DNA of 63,965 nucleotides, the filler included, from Olpidium bornovanus S191 (Eukaryota > Fungi > Olpidiomycota), in assembly GCA_017911155.1 (NCBI GenBank). It is 35 parts of 35 records of this genome, joined end to end, with 100 filler letters (N's around TTAATTAATTAA, not from the genome) between each part and the next. Parts side by side here need not be neighbours in the genome. Positions count along the whole stretch, not along the records: positions 1 to 1,113 come from JAEFCI010011084.1; positions 1,214 to 2,895 come from JAEFCI010001571.1; positions 2,996 to 4,434 come from JAEFCI010013464.1; positions 4,535 to 6,198 come from JAEFCI010009530.1; positions 6,299 to 7,362 come from JAEFCI010007044.1; positions 7,463 to 12,388 come from JAEFCI010005189.1; 29 more parts are not named here. The stretch is one strand, 5' to 3'. Both the position numbers and the translations under genes were made by a program. Positions 1 to 12,488 of the stretch are shown one piece after another (positions within the stretch are counted from its first letter, which is position 1; each line of letters opens with the position of its first letter). The notes beneath the pieces were generated by a model. That model saw only the letters and a list, made by a program, of their open reading frames with translations, did no database searches and had not been told where the DNA came from.

Positions 1-658
1 CATGACCCGCTGCGACACTGACATCTGCTGAGCTAACTGTCTGAGCACCAAGCGCATAAAGGCCGGAAACCACACCCGGGGACCTCGAAAGCGTCTGGCG
101 GTCTCCGCGGTCGGAGCCGACCGACCCATTAGTGGCATTCGGATCCTTGATTCCGCTGAATCTGCCAAAACCGTTCGTCTGCGCGCCGCAGCTCTCCGAA
201 AGTGAAGGAGATTTCCGTCCGAATGTCTGGGGCGCTGTTCGTGGAGGTGTTCCAAGAACGCGGGCCTTCGGCGTTGAGGTTGAAGACGGAATCCGGGACA
301 CGGGAGCTATGGGCGCCGGCGGCGGGCTCGCCTGCGGTTGAAAGCCGTCCTGACAAATCAACGAAAATTACCGACTGCTCGAGGTCGCGTTGACGACCAG
401 GACACGCCACCGTACCTGTCGCAGTGGACCCCCCAGAGTGTTCAACGCGCCTCCCAGGTCCCTTTTCGCCGGCTGTCCCTGCCGATCAAAGGAGATCGCA
501 GCGCGGATCTTCCCGGGGGAGGGCGATGGGGAGGCGCGAGGGGGCGCCGGCACGTCTGGCGCACTACTTGCCGGTCGCGTGGCGTCCTCACCACCGGCAG
601 CAGCGTCCGGGGCCGCTGGCGGAGGCGTCCCGCTCTGGGAGGAGGCTGATTGGCCCAT
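1..658 (-). CDS. 5' part of a hypothetical protein with an N-myristoylation-type start (MGQSAS) and a long Pro/Ser-rich disordered region
   Basis: ATG at 658 just after a ttttcag acceptor. Exon 658-416 ends CAG|gtacgg. Acceptor ttgtcag|GAC at 349, with the frame open to base 1. MGxxxS fits the NMT consensus; family not recognised. Confidence 0.5.
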
Positions 659-1113
659 GACCTGAAAAAAAAACGTGAACGCGCCGGCGGCACAAGGGGT
701 GGTCAGTGCGACCGCAATAGGAGCTTCCGACGAATAGTTGCTCTTCGCGTGCGCGCGCACACGCGCTCCAGTGCGAGGTCCCGTACCCCTTCCGCCCTCT
801 AACGCCCCGCCGCGTTCTCGCTTTTCCCCTCCGGGCGCGTGGCCCTGGGACCCCCCGCCTTCGGTTTCTCCGCTGCCCTCTCCGGGTCTCCGGCTGGGAC
901 TAGGCAAACGGGCAAAAAGGGGCGGATGCCGCGTGCGCAGCGGGGGGGTAGGGTGGGGGGTCTGCCGTTTTTTTTTTTTTTTTTCCTTGTTGTCCGCGGG
1001 GGTTTTTTTGGGGGGGGGGGGATTCCTCCCCGGGGTTTCGCGTTGGATACCTCTCCTTTCCCTCTGCTTTCCCCGGGGGAAGGGGGGAAGAGCGGGGAGG
1101 GGGGGGGGGAAGG

Positions 1114-1213
1114 NNNNNNNNNNNNNNNNNNNNNNNNNNNNNNNNNNNNNNNNNNNNTTAATTAATTAANNNNNNNNNNNNNNNNNNNNNNNNNNNNNNN
1201 NNNNNNNNNNNNN
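1114..1213. other. Artificial 100-bp contig spacer N44-TTAATTAATTAA-N44 (first of 34)
   Basis: Identical spacers start at 1114, 2896, 4435, 6199, 7363, 12389, 13568, 16306, 18956, 20184, 23613, 24783, 26316, 27624, 28748, 30152, 32320, 33482, 34934, 38354, 39798, 41307, 42869, 44510, 46116, 47979, 51352, 53068, 54797, 56121, 57890, 59344, 61192 and 62823. The 12-mer places stops in all six frames. Confidence 0.99.
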
Positions 1214-2895
1214 CATGGACTTCTTTTTGGAAGAAAATGGGAAGACCTTCTCCACGGGAACGCGTTCGGACTTCAGGTCGACGTTCGAGAGATCAGGGCA
1301 GCACAGACCGAGGAGCGCGCCTTCGGTCTTGTCCCCGCGGAAGCACAAGCTGCCGTTCTCGTCTTGGGTGACGAAGGCCTTGGAGTTGCGCACAACGGAG
1401 GACCGGAAGAGGGTGCGGGCCTTGGTCGACGGGAAATCTGGGAGGGCAGAGTGGGGGTCCGCAAGACCGGTAGACAAGGACGCGATAGACGAGCGGTCAA
1501 AGGCCCGGTCGGCTACGAAACCGGCGACGACAGTCATCTTGTTCTCGGTAAGAGTGCCCGTCTTGTCTTTAGATGCGGCCAACAACAGCACACGTCAATC
1601 GAAGAATCGAACGAACAAAGCCGCGCGTTTCTGCCTGCAACAAGTGGTTTTTCTTCGGCTTACCGGTACAGATGGTAGTGGCGCCGCCCATGGTCTCGCA
1701 AGCGGCGAGCTGGCGCACGAAGTTGTTGCGTTGGGCCATCTTCCTGGTGCCGTAAATCAGAGCGATTGTGACGGCCATGGGAAGACCCTCCGGGACAGCC
1801 ACGACGACGATGGTGACCGCCTGGATGACGATGTTAACGATCGCGTTGACAAACTCGGAGACGGGGGCCTTTTCGGACGACGAAATCGGGCCGGCGGAGA
1901 GGGAAAATCCCGTGCGCCAGTCGTTTTGGACGCCTCTCACGATGAACTTGATCGTGAGGATGACGAGCTGGGCAAACGCAATGCCGAGGCCGAACCAGCC
2001 GATGGAAGCGGCGAGGCGAGCCAGGGCCTTCTGCATCGGGGTGTCTTCGACCTCCTTCTTGACCTCCTTGAGCAAGAGGCCGTAGCGGGAATTTGAACCG
2101 ACGCAGAGCGCGACGATGCTGAAAATCAAAACGGAGATCATCAGAAACGCAGCGGGCCTTTTTCGCCAGCGTCACACGCACGAGAAACCCCCCCCCCTCC
2201 CCCCGCCGCCCTCTCCGATAACCGGCGGGCGGTTGGACTTACGTGATGGTTCCCTCGTTCACCTTCGTGCCCGACTGCACAAGGAACGGCGTGCTGGAGC
2301 TTTGCCCTTTCGGCCGCTCGGAGCGCTGAAAGTCTATTGGACCGTCGACGACGTCGGCGGTCACATCGACGGGGAACCGCCGAGCCTTAACGGCGGCGTC
2401 CGCGGCTTCCTCTGCGGCCGCGTCGAAAGGCTTTTTCTTGATGTGGTCGGACTCGCCGGTGGCGGAGGACTCGTCGCACTTTCCGTTGTGGGAATCGATG
2501 ACCAAGCCGTCGACGGGGATGATGTCGCCGTCCTTCAGCAGAACGACGTCGCCGACGTGAATTTCGTGCACGGGGATGTCGGTGGAGTCGCCGTTGCGGC
2601 GGACAGAGATGCGGACGTCGTCCGCCTCCGCAGCCTGCCGGCGAAGCTGGTGCGGTCAAGCGAGAACGGGCGTCAGCGGTCCGTTCAATTCGCTCATGGT
2701 ATAAGTGATACTATTACAGCGCGCTCGAGGGGGCGAGAAGGGGAACCCCGCGGGACAACGCGACGCGGCGCGTCGGGGAAGGGGGGGGGGGGAATCGGGC
2801 CCGCGATCGTCCGGACTCACCAGGTCGTCCTTTTTCCAGTTGTTGACGGCGGTGACGACGACGATTATGAACACGGCGAGGAAGATGGCAAAGCC
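1214..2895 (-). CDS. PMC1: P2B-type (PMCA-like) Ca2+-transporting P-type ATPase, internal fragment, 4 exons
   Basis: TM2 VVVTAVNNWKK; actuator VGDVVLLKDGDIIPVDG and DESSATGES; TM4 VVAVPEGLPMAVT; phosphorylation motif ICTDKTGTLT rebuilt across intron 1567-1663. Confidence 0.93.
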
Positions 2896-3039
2896 NNNNN
2901 NNNNNNNNNNNNNNNNNNNNNNNNNNNNNNNNNNNNNNNTTAATTAATTAANNNNNNNNNNNNNNNNNNNNNNNNNNNNNNNNNNNNNNNNNNNNAAGCG
3001 GGGTGGGGGGCGGTGTTGAACTCTCGCACTGCCGCTTAC

Positions 3040-3556
3040 CCCTTTCGAGAAATCGAATGATAACGGAGGACTTGCCCGAGCTCTTTCCGCCGACAAAAAT
3101 CACAGTTGTCTCCATGCCCTGTGTGTCGACTGGCAGGGTCCGCGACGTCAAATACGGCCCCCCCCCCCCCCCCCCACTCTCTCCCCTCGGTGTCGGGGGG
3201 TCAGGCCCCTGCAGGGACCCCGGGGCGTCTTTTTTTTTCAAACATCCCCATTTTTCGCCAAAGCGCAGCGCGCAAAAACACCCGCGGCGCGGACCTTCGG
3301 CCCCGCCGGCGGCGGCCGCTTTCTTTTCCCGTTCTTTCTCCTCGGCGACCAGCGTCCATATGTCCTTCCTGGCCGCCGTCGCCGTCGGCACGATGGTCGC
3401 CCTGCCGTGCGACCTGCCGGGGGCTGCGGGGCCGCTCCGCCCTCCCGGCTGGAGCTGCTGCCCCCTCCGATCTGCGCCTTCCCCGACTTCGGGATCGTCC
3501 GGCCCGGCGTTCGGAGAGGAGATGTCTAGATTTGAATCGGCCGGCGCTGCCGGCAT
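3040..3556 (-). CDS. DYNC2LI1: Cytoplasmic dynein-2 light intermediate chain (IFT dynein), first two exons
   Basis: Exons 3556-3295 and 3129-3040 join in phase 1. DIWTLVAEEKER and TVIFVGGKSSGKSSVIIRFLER match the remembered N-terminus of D2LIC (TLWEIAKAEVEK...[22 protein letters not shown]). Confidence 0.8.
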
Positions 3557-4991
3557 CGTCACGAAAATTTTCGACGCGTTTTTTTTTATTTTTTTAGAGG
3601 TTTTCCCCCTCTTTTCAACTCTTCGCTTTGGTTTTTTTTTTTCGAGCACATGGCCGCGCGATATTCCGACGGGGGTTTTAAACCGACCCCTTTCACCCTT
3701 CCGGCCCCTCCCCCGGCCCGCGCGCGCGTTTGGCGTCGGTTCTGATGCTGCATGTTGCGGAGACCTCGGGGAAAGGAGAGGGGCCAAAAGATTTCTCTCT
3801 CCTCCCCCCCTCCACACCCGGCCACGGGAAATTCAGAAAATGGCAAGGCGCAAAACGCTGATTCCGGAGTTCCGCGCGAACATCCGCACCGTAGAGAGAG
3901 ACGGCTGTTCCTCCGTGCGGGGCACATCCGCGGCTGGACCGAGGGCCGCACTGGTAAGGAAGCTTTCTCATTGATTTTTTTTTCAATGCCCCCGAGCGTT
4001 TTAACGCGTGCGCGCCCCGACTGGAATCTTTCCCTCTTCCCCGTTGGAAAGGCCGGCCAAAAATCTCGGCTGCGCCGAAATGGGTCCTTTCTTCAACGCC
4101 GAGAACTGCACGGCCGACGGCCCGCGGCGAAAGACTCTGAGCGAACACGAAACACCCTGACGCTGGAAGCAAAAGCCGCGCGCTTTTTGCGCGCCGTTTT
4201 GTCAGTCGGCAGATGGCGCGCCCCGCGGATTTTCCTCCGCAGAAGCTCACTTTGCCGTCGGGTGGCGAAAAGCGCGTTTCGAGGGCATTTCGGAAGAACG
4301 GCGGGTGCGCCGCCATGATTGCGTAAAGTATGTAAAGTATGTCCGAATCTGTAACCTGCGTCCGTTGGAATCGCAGCGATGCCCCTTCTGTCCATCTACG
4401 ACCGGCGCGTTCCGCCGCATCGATCACCCTTTTGNNNNNNNNNNNNNNNNNNNNNNNNNNNNNNNNNNNNNNNNNNNNTTAATTAATTAANNNNNNNNNN
4501 NNNNNNNNNNNNNNNNNNNNNNNNNNNNNNNNNNGCCGCCTCGCACACGTGTGTTTGGGCGTATGGGGTGCGCAGTGTACAAGGAAATATTCATCGCGAT
4601 GATTTCGGCGCCCAAGATTTCGGCTTCAAGAATGACTCCCGCGCACGCCTCATGAAAAGAAAAGTCCTTGATCGGCTTCGCCGTATACCTGTATCCTGCG
4701 AGAAAGGGGGCCAAGGGGGGAGGAGGAAAAAAAGAAACAAAAGAATCCGGCGAACACCGCCGCGAACGGGGTTCTTTTTGAAGCATTAAGTGGGAAAAGC
4801 CTGCGCCAGACCTTTTCCGCAGCAAACAACGATATCGAAGGAATACCACGTGGGGCTTCGTGCAGGCGGGAAAGGAAACTCGGATGCAACGCCCGCAAAC
4901 AAAAAAAAAAAAGGACGGCTTGAAAAGTCGGAAAAAAAAACAAAAGGTAAATAGTACTTTTTATTCTTCCGGGTCTGATGCCGGAATTTTT

Positions 4992-6198
4992 CTAAGTGCC
5001 GAACTTGGGCTTGTAGAATGATGGCGGCAGGTTGCCGAGAATATCGAACCAGGGCCTCTCGACTACAACCATGACGTCTTCAGACGCGTAGTCCAGGAGA
5101 AGGAGAGGCTGGTACTTGTGCAGAACCTGGAAATTCGTCCTGGAAGGCCTGCAATCCTGCACGTCCATCATGGTCGCACCATGGGAGTCATCGGACGCAC
5201 CAAGGGAGCCGTTGGACGCACCCGGGAGGCCGTTGGGCGCACCAAAGGAGCCGTTGGCCACCTCGCCCTGCTTGCGCCACCAGTCGTGATGGCGTTTGCG
5301 CTTGTTGGGGTTGATTACATCCCAGCGGTGAACTGGGCGGGTCATGTCCACGAAGCAGGCATAGGTCGCGCCCCAGCATGTCAACTCGTGCGGTCGCGCC
5401 GGGTTGAACGAGATGCCGGTAATCTTGTCTTTGAGGGCGACAAAGGCTTCGGGTAGCTGGCTGGAATATCGGCGTGACCAAACAGTCAGGGAGCGAGCCT
5501 CTACATCGAAAACGAACAGCTCGTTTGACGCCAGCGAAACGATCAGGAATGGCTCCTGCGGCGCGAAGCGGATCAGCGTGTGCTGGGTCGAATGCCGAGG
5601 TACTGCGTATTGGAGCTAAGCGGCCCCGACTGGACGTTAATATCGACCGTGCCAAACACCGTTTATTCTAGGAATTGCGTTGAACAAACGCACCTGCAGG
5701 GTATCAACGTTAAAGACAAATATCCGGTTCAGGAGATCGCCGGTCGCGATCCACTGTCCGTCCAAACTGGCATCAAGAGAAATTATTTGCGACACATCCC
5801 CGCGGCTTGAACTATTGTCCCCACCAGCAGCCCCTCTGTGGTGATCGAATCTCTTCAGCACGGGAAATTCGGCTTCGGTGTTTTCAGGCGACCACAGGCT
5901 GAGGTCCACGAGGACAACCTGAGAAGCGGCCGTGGCAATCACGAGTTTTCGTGAATCCGATGTAAATTTGAGGCGGAATGCCCCGCCGCCTGCCGCCGTG
6001 CCCTTGAGGGCAAATGACTCAAAAAAGGACTTCGCCTTTCGGACTTTGAGCGTGCCCGAAGACTGCAAGGGAAGAAACATGCAAAACCACGCGCACGATG
6101 AGTAACCTTGGACGAGACAACGGTCTTCACATCCCACACAACTGGAACTTACTGTCTCCGATATACTAAACAGCTTCACAGAATCGATATCGGCGACC
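4992..6198 (-). CDS. UTP4: U3 snoRNA-associated protein 4 (WD40), 3' part
   Basis: WD repeats (LKFTSDSRKLVIAT, SLDGQWIATGDLLNRIFVFN) and the characteristic C-terminus YQPLLLLDYASEDVMVVVERPWFDILGNLPPSFYKPKFGT*. Confidence 0.88.
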
Positions 6199-6298
6199 NN
6201 NNNNNNNNNNNNNNNNNNNNNNNNNNNNNNNNNNNNNNNNNNTTAATTAATTAANNNNNNNNNNNNNNNNNNNNNNNNNNNNNNNNNNNNNNNNNNNN

Positions 6299-7362
6299 GC
6301 TTTCAGAGGACCGAACGTCTTCAGAATCGCACGTCTCGCCGTCTGCGTCGTCTGTTTCATCGTCCGAGCGGGCACCGCAGCATTCTGTGATTCCCGAGGC
6401 GGAGTACGCGGAACGCATGCGCACGGCGGCGGTCATGCTCGCCCAGCTCGCGGCGGCAACGACGCAGCAGCAGGGGTTGCCCACTTCACCTATACTATCT
6501 CCCGGTGGGCCAGGCAGCGGGGTGACAATGCCCCGAAGCGCCTCCAAGGCCAGCGTCGGTGCGGCGGAAACGATTCGCGCGCGCATCATACAAGAGATGC
6601 AGGCACTTGAGGAGAGCCGGCTGGCTACGCTCATGAGGGGGGGCAGGGCCGATGGGGGGCCCGACGGGGGACCCGACGGCGCGTCAGGCTCCGTCCCGGG
6701 CGTGCTTGTCAAGAACAAGGATGACCCCAGCGGTATGGTCGTGACAGCGTGCCTTTCCCATTAGCGGAACGCGTGCAGCGGACGTGGAAAAAGCAAATAA
6801 GCTAACCTGTAGGGAGTGTGACTGGATCCATCTTTCGTCATGGTTAGCCGCTGTTTTTCGCGAGGACTGGAAGGCCAAACGGGCGCGAATTCGCGCATCT
6901 TCGCCCTACGGAAACTTTGCCAACTGGCGGTTGCTGTCCGTGATCGTGAAGACCGGGGCTGACCTTCGGCAAGAGCAGTTTGCATGTCAGTTGATTCGCG
7001 AAATGCAGCGCATCTGGTTCGAGGCCAAAGTGCCCGTGTGGGTCAAGTAGTAAGTTGTATGTTTTCCGGAATACAGAGGGTCCTCTTATTCCAATGCCTT
7101 CCTTCGGGGTTCCCGTGTGTGATGGTAAACGGCGGCTCCCGTAGTGCGCAGTTTAAACCTTGCTAAAAGAAAATCCGTCATTCTACTTTTCAACCGAGTT
7201 TCTAGTATGCGCATCCTCGTGACTTCGGCAAATTCGGGGCTCATGGAGACCATCAAGAACACCATATCGATACATTCGCTCAAGAAAGATGCGTATGCTC
7301 GACATCTCAAAACGTCCGCTGGCGCCGAGCATCAAGTGTACACGTTGAGCGACCACTTTATA
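6299..7362 (+). CDS. PIK1: Phosphatidylinositol 4-kinase type III beta, catalytic region fragment
   Basis: KDDPS|AAVFREDWKAKRARIRASSPYG..VIVKTGADLRQEQFACQLI..VWVK|YMRILVTSANSGLMETI; GT-AG introns 6733-6847 and 7050-7205 are in phase. Confidence 0.92.
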
Positions 7363-7462
7363 NNNNNNNNNNNNNNNNNNNNNNNNNNNNNNNNNNNNNN
7401 NNNNNNTTAATTAATTAANNNNNNNNNNNNNNNNNNNNNNNNNNNNNNNNNNNNNNNNNNNN

Positions 7463-8162
7463 CATGAGGATAGAAGACGTAGCTGATCCCTGTCGGCTTC
7501 GGAGAACAGTTGTTTGCATATTCGATTCCCTCTACGTCTTTTTTTGGCTTTTCTGCTATTTCCTACGTTAACTTTTTCTCCTCGGAGTTGCTGTCGAGGT
7601 GGGGTGTCGCAGTATATAGTCATATGCATAGTGTAGAGTCACGTGACCAATTCATAGGACACATAGTCTTGACGCCGACGAGAGAAACATCGAGATCAAT
7701 AATATAAATAGAACCAAAACTGACAAGGGCTGCAACGATTCCTTTATATCTTTTATTACGCTTGGAATGTACTTCGTGACTAAAGATGATCGCGACGTTT
7801 GGTGATATTACGACAGGATTCCTGTTGACGCACATTCCGTGTGTGTCACGTGACTGATTTGGCGAGTGAATCCAGCCAGTCAGGGCTCTTCACACCGAAC
7901 ACCCTCGAGCAGACAGAAGTACCTTTGTTTGGCCTCTACTATCGAGAGTGAACATGGCTCATACATAAGACATAGAGATTGTCCTCTCTCTATAGTCTCT
8001 CATAGCTGCACCACACTCACAATACAAAAAGTAAAAGGGCAAACCAAACCAGACCCCACTGTCCTCTGAGCTCGGCTCAGAATTCCTACGCTGACTACAA
8101 GAAAGATGGATGAGGACTGCCTCAGCAGCCATGTGGGCAAATGGTTGTGAGTTATGTAGCAA
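7463..8162. mobile_element. Possible highly degenerate Ty1/copia RNase H relics
   Basis: AT-richer block with remnant motifs AAEAVLIHLSC..LYCECGAAM and MTIYCD (minus) and SRQKYLCLASTIESEH (plus), resembling copia EAEYIAL, IYCDNQAAI and SKKQxxVALSTxEAEY. Weak, and the orientations are inconsistent. Confidence 0.35.
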
Positions 8163-8511
8163 ATGCGGGTGATGGGCAGCAATTTATCTTATTAGCCAAC
8201 GAGGACGCCACTTTCGCCGCAGCCACTGTTGCGTTCTCACTGGGAGTACCCATGGATGCAAGTATAGATCTTCGCTTTCGGTTGCTGAGCTACTCAGCTC
8301 CTTTCAGCAGGCGCCAATCGCAGACCAGCCTGCACCCAATCGTAGGCGGGGCTCGGGGGCGAATAGTTGGGAAGGCAAGCTGCATTGGCGTGTTTGCACG
8401 TGACTCAAAGCGTGGCACCGTCACGCCGCCGCCAGTCACGCTCACCCAAAACGGCCCCCCCCCACACACCCATTCCGCACTTTCCCTGGGCCGAAAGAAC
8501 ATACAGCTGAC

Positions 8512-10309
8512 ATGGCGCCCCCGGGACCGCCGCCGCCGCCTCCACCTCCCCCGCCGGGGCCGCCACCCCCGCCTATGCCACCGCCGGCGCTGTCGGCACC
8601 GGATTCAAAGGCAAGGTAACACATGCAGAACGGCGAAAAGGGACGATCCGAGGTGCTTCGAAACGCCTGATGTAATGGGGGAGGGACGGGGGATTGTTCT
8701 CTCAAGCGTTTTGTGTGGGCGTTTCCCAAACGAGGAACGGCAGGAGCGCCGGAAATTTCGCCTGCGATGTATCCCTCGTTCTGAGTGGACGCGTTATGTT
8801 ACCTGCCTGGCACGCCCAATCCTCGACCCGGACGTGAGCGGCTGACGGGTCCCTACGGCTTCCCTAGGAACAACCTGCTCAATGATATACACAAAGGCCG
8901 CAAGTTGAAGAAGACGGTTACGGTCGACAAGTCCGCACCGAACGTAGAAGGTGAGCACCCACGTTTGTGCGCCTAGCCGCATTGCGCGGGCAGTCGCCGC
9001 ACTGTGAATGAGGTTTACGATGTTTCTCGTCACACCACCGACATACGCTGCTCATATTATTTTAAAACCTTCACCTCTACTCAAGTTCCAAAAAATAGTG
9101 TTGGCAGCGTGCGACACGGCGGTGGCGGTGTATCCGGCGGTGCGGTTCCGGACAGTGGCTGTGCAGGGACCGGCAACGGCGGACAACCCCTTGGCGGGCT
9201 TTTTGCAGGTGGCATGCCGAAACTTCGAAGCAGAGGAGGGGTTTCTACCGGACGGGAAGGTTCAGGTGATTACTCGAAAGCCTAACAAACTTTTGACGAG
9301 ACCGACCAAGGGGTTCTGCTTCTGGATACCGAGCGGTTGCAGTGACGTATTTTCGATCGCCATGCAATTGGTACTGTTCCAAACAGAATCCTCTACAGCG
9401 CCGCCCCCTTTGCCAACGGCAGCCAAGCCGGCGTCACCACTTATGAGAAGGCAGGAAACCGCAGCACCGGCAATGACGGCCCCGTCTCCTCCAGGAGCAC
9501 GGCGCCCGTCTGTGCCGTTCACGCCGAAAACAGCTCCGCCGATGCCAGCTCGACTGTCGCCCCAGCAGAACGTACCACCGCCACCGCCGAACCGACCTCC
9601 GCCACCCGCAGCCGCCAAAGGCGGCGCTGGAGTACACCCGGCGCTGCCGCCGGGAAGGTCGGTGCCACCGCCGCCGAAGTTGAACGCCTCGACCGCGGGT
9701 GAGGGTCCTACGAGGTCTGTTTCCGTTGGTTCCAACCTGTCCGAGGCTGGGGGATCGGTCGCGAGTCTGTCGCTCGGGCCCGCCAAAGGGTCGCCCGCTC
9801 CCCGGCGACTATCGGCTGCCGCCGCGCCGGGCACAGGAACTGCACCAACTTTGTTTTCCGGGCGGGCCGTCCCGCCGCCTCCCCCACGTCGAGGGCCGCC
9901 GGTGCGCGAGTCGTCGACGGCGTCCCTCGCAGAAGCGCTGGCACCCCCCGCGGTGTCATCACCGGCACCATCGGCTCCGGCAGGGCTGGTCCCTCCGCCG
10001 CCGCCGCCGACGAGGCAAGCGCCGTCTCCGCAGGCAGGTCGCAAACCGCCTCCGCCGCCGCCGGCACGGCCGAAAGATACGTCGTTTTCCCCCGCAGCAC
10101 CTTCTGCGGGGCCCCCGCCGAGAACAATTCCGACCCCTCCCACGGCAAGAACACAACGGCCGGGTCCCACCGCCGGTGAACCTTCTGAACCTCCGACGAC
10201 CGAGGGGCGGTGGAAGTTCCATAGCCCGGAAGAATTTCCCCCGCCGCCCAAGGCCCTTCCGGGCCGTAGAGTGTATCCGAGCGGGTCTACTATAGGGACC
10301 TGTAAGTGA
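8512..10309 (+). CDS. VRP1: Verprolin / WASP-interacting protein
   Basis: Exons 8512-8615 (polyPro), 8868-8950 (WH2 RNNLLNDIHKGRKLKKTVTVDKSAP), 9086-9265 (LGGLFAGGMPKLR) and 9387-10309 (Pro-rich, ending in the WASP-binding-type RWKFHSPEEFPPPP..YPSG). A gtaagt near 10302 could add a further 3' exon. Confidence 0.88.
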
Positions 10310-11546
10310 AATTTGTGCAGTTGTGTTCTCTGCGGCTAAGGTCGGGTTTTCGAGCGCGTCTCACAATCCACCAGTTTCCATGGTGGTGTAGTTTCGGCCA
10401 ATGATTAATACATTTTTTATTTTGTGAACTTCCGTTGCGCATTTTCGCGTACGTGTCCATGGCTCATCGCACGGACCGACGTCGACGACGCCGCACGCAG
10501 CTATTCCATTGGATCTGAATGCACTGACTGGCAGGTAAAGCAGCTAACAGGATTACGACAAGGCAAGGAGCGACGGGAAGGCATTTCAAAGCAGCAAGAA
10601 CACCCCTCGCAGTCATTTCCGTCATCCTCTTTTCATCCATACAGAAAGCTAGAAACTAGCATGAATGAAGTGATCATTTGCAGTAGTCTCCGTATGATCA
10701 GCAGCTTTGTCAATGCCAGCAACCGGTATCGGTCGCTTGGCAGGCGTACAGGAAATTTAGATGGAGGATGTGCGGACAATACCGATTTTGCGGGTAACGG
10801 ATTTCTGTACGTTTCCACGAAGCGGAAAAGGTTATGACTTCCCTCTTCCGGTGGCACGTTAACTCAGCTTTGACCCTCAACCGGCACTTTCGCGGCCGGA
10901 CCCGGATGTATGTAGTGAGTCTCCTGTGGCCCCCTCCGCCGGCCGGGTAGGCACGCCGCCGGCAGGCGTGGTGGCTTCTTTGTACGTGTGAATATATCAC
11001 GTATGCCATACGACACGTTATCTGAAGGCGCCGTACGGAAGTACGGCGCCGACGGAAGTAACTCGCCGTCTGAAGGCAGCAGCGGCAGGAGGCCCGCCGG
11101 GGGCAAATGCTCAGGGCGCCCGTCGATGCACGCACCAATTTAAACTGCTCGTGTCACAATCCCCCCCCCCTCGGTTTCCAGTCCGCCCCACTATTCGGAC
11201 AGAATCGTCTCGCGCTGGTCATCCCGTGCACCGCTGACGGCGCTGCGCTTTGCGTCCGCTGAAGAGCCGCTCAGTCGCGGTAAACCGCGCGTCAGCCGCA
11301 AAGTCGCTCGTGAAATTCAACCAGGCTGCGTTTGGCCTAAGCAATATCTCCGTGGGACCCTTCCACCGCATACCACCGACGTGCGGGGGGCGAAAGGCTG
11401 CTGTGCGCTTCAGGCTTGGCCTGTCGAGGTCTGCCTGTGTCAACGTGGACGGGACGTCCCCAGGGCTTTAGCCAAACGCTGCCATGGAAAGCGCTTCAAT
11501 CAGAGGCAAAACCAGCGCTGCTGCGCCACGGCTGACCGTGAAACAG

Positions 11547-12388
11547 CCTGGCTGGATAACCCACAAAGGTACAGCGGCAAAAAGTAACTGGCAGGACGGG
11601 AGAACAGGGTTGGCAAAGAAATGGGGTCCCAGAACAACCCAGCATGAAGGATTGCCGGAGGCGGCTGGATTTTTCGATTTTGATATCCTAGGTTCCTTAC
11701 CAAACGCGAACAGATGCGCAGGACGAAGGAAAGGGAAAACCCAAACCGCATATATACTCGCTGCACATACGGCCCGACGAGACGCGGCTCGCAACCGCTG
11801 GACAAGGTGGGCTAAAGTTTGCAAGGAGCAGAATATATGCAGTTTTATCGGAGGGGCGAGCGGCTGGTGGGAAAGGCAACTTTACCGTGGCTGATGATTT
11901 TTCGGTACCGCGCACTGAGAAAAGATGCTAAAGTCAAAATATGGAACATGGAGCCGGTGATGGATAGTCAGAAGGCCGAGGACGAGACTGTCCCGAAGCT
12001 TCTGTCGTGTCTTACGAACCATGGCGGTACGTTTCTGACAGCGTCCCTGTTTGCGCGCCTGTCCACTGTAATTAAGTCAACCGTTGCCGGACCCCCGAAT
12101 CCGATTTCCGGACTGTCACGCCACCATGCTGTCACCGCCAAATCAGGCAGCGTCCTGTGCGTTCGCTGGTCAAACGGCAAAGGACCGTACCTGGCGTCGG
12201 GATCTGATGATCGTGTCGTCATGATCTGGGAGCTTGATAGGTACGTCATGGTAGGTTGTGGTGGGTCTTATTTAATTGCCCTTAAACATTGCAGTGAGTT
12301 GTATGCCCCACCTACGCTCCATTGAGAGTGCAGTTCCGGCAGGAGGCAAGCGGCTTTTGGCTTGCCAGAAACCACATACGAAGCATGG
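11547..12388 (+). CDS. HIR1: Histone chaperone HIRA, N-terminal WD40 exons (start codon not located)
   Basis: PGWITHK|..HIYSLHIRPDETRLATAGQ|DAKVKIWNM..VPKLLSCLTNHG|..VLCVRWS..YLASGSDDRVVMIWE|..AFGLPETTYEAW, typical HIRA repeats. Confidence 0.87.
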
Positions 12389-12488
12389 NNNNNNNNNNNN
12401 NNNNNNNNNNNNNNNNNNNNNNNNNNNNNNNNTTAATTAATTAANNNNNNNNNNNNNNNNNNNNNNNNNNNNNNNNNNNNNNNNNNNN

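Noticed and set aside
7638-7854. Two perfect GTCACGTGAC palindromes (Cbf1/CDEI or E-box-like) at 7638 and 7845
   Set aside because: They lie in a probable TE relic with no supporting context, and two hits cannot establish function.
9262-10251. Long antisense ORFs opposite real genes (also 1215-2096, 27931-28716, 41975-42916, 43241-44317, 57003-57608)
   Set aside because: Shadow frames expected from GC-rich codon usage; they have no motifs of their own.
10501-11106. Minus frame of about 200 codons interrupted only by two TGA codons (possible Sec or readthrough)
   Set aside because: No selenoprotein or other family motif and no SECIS recognised; compatible with chance.
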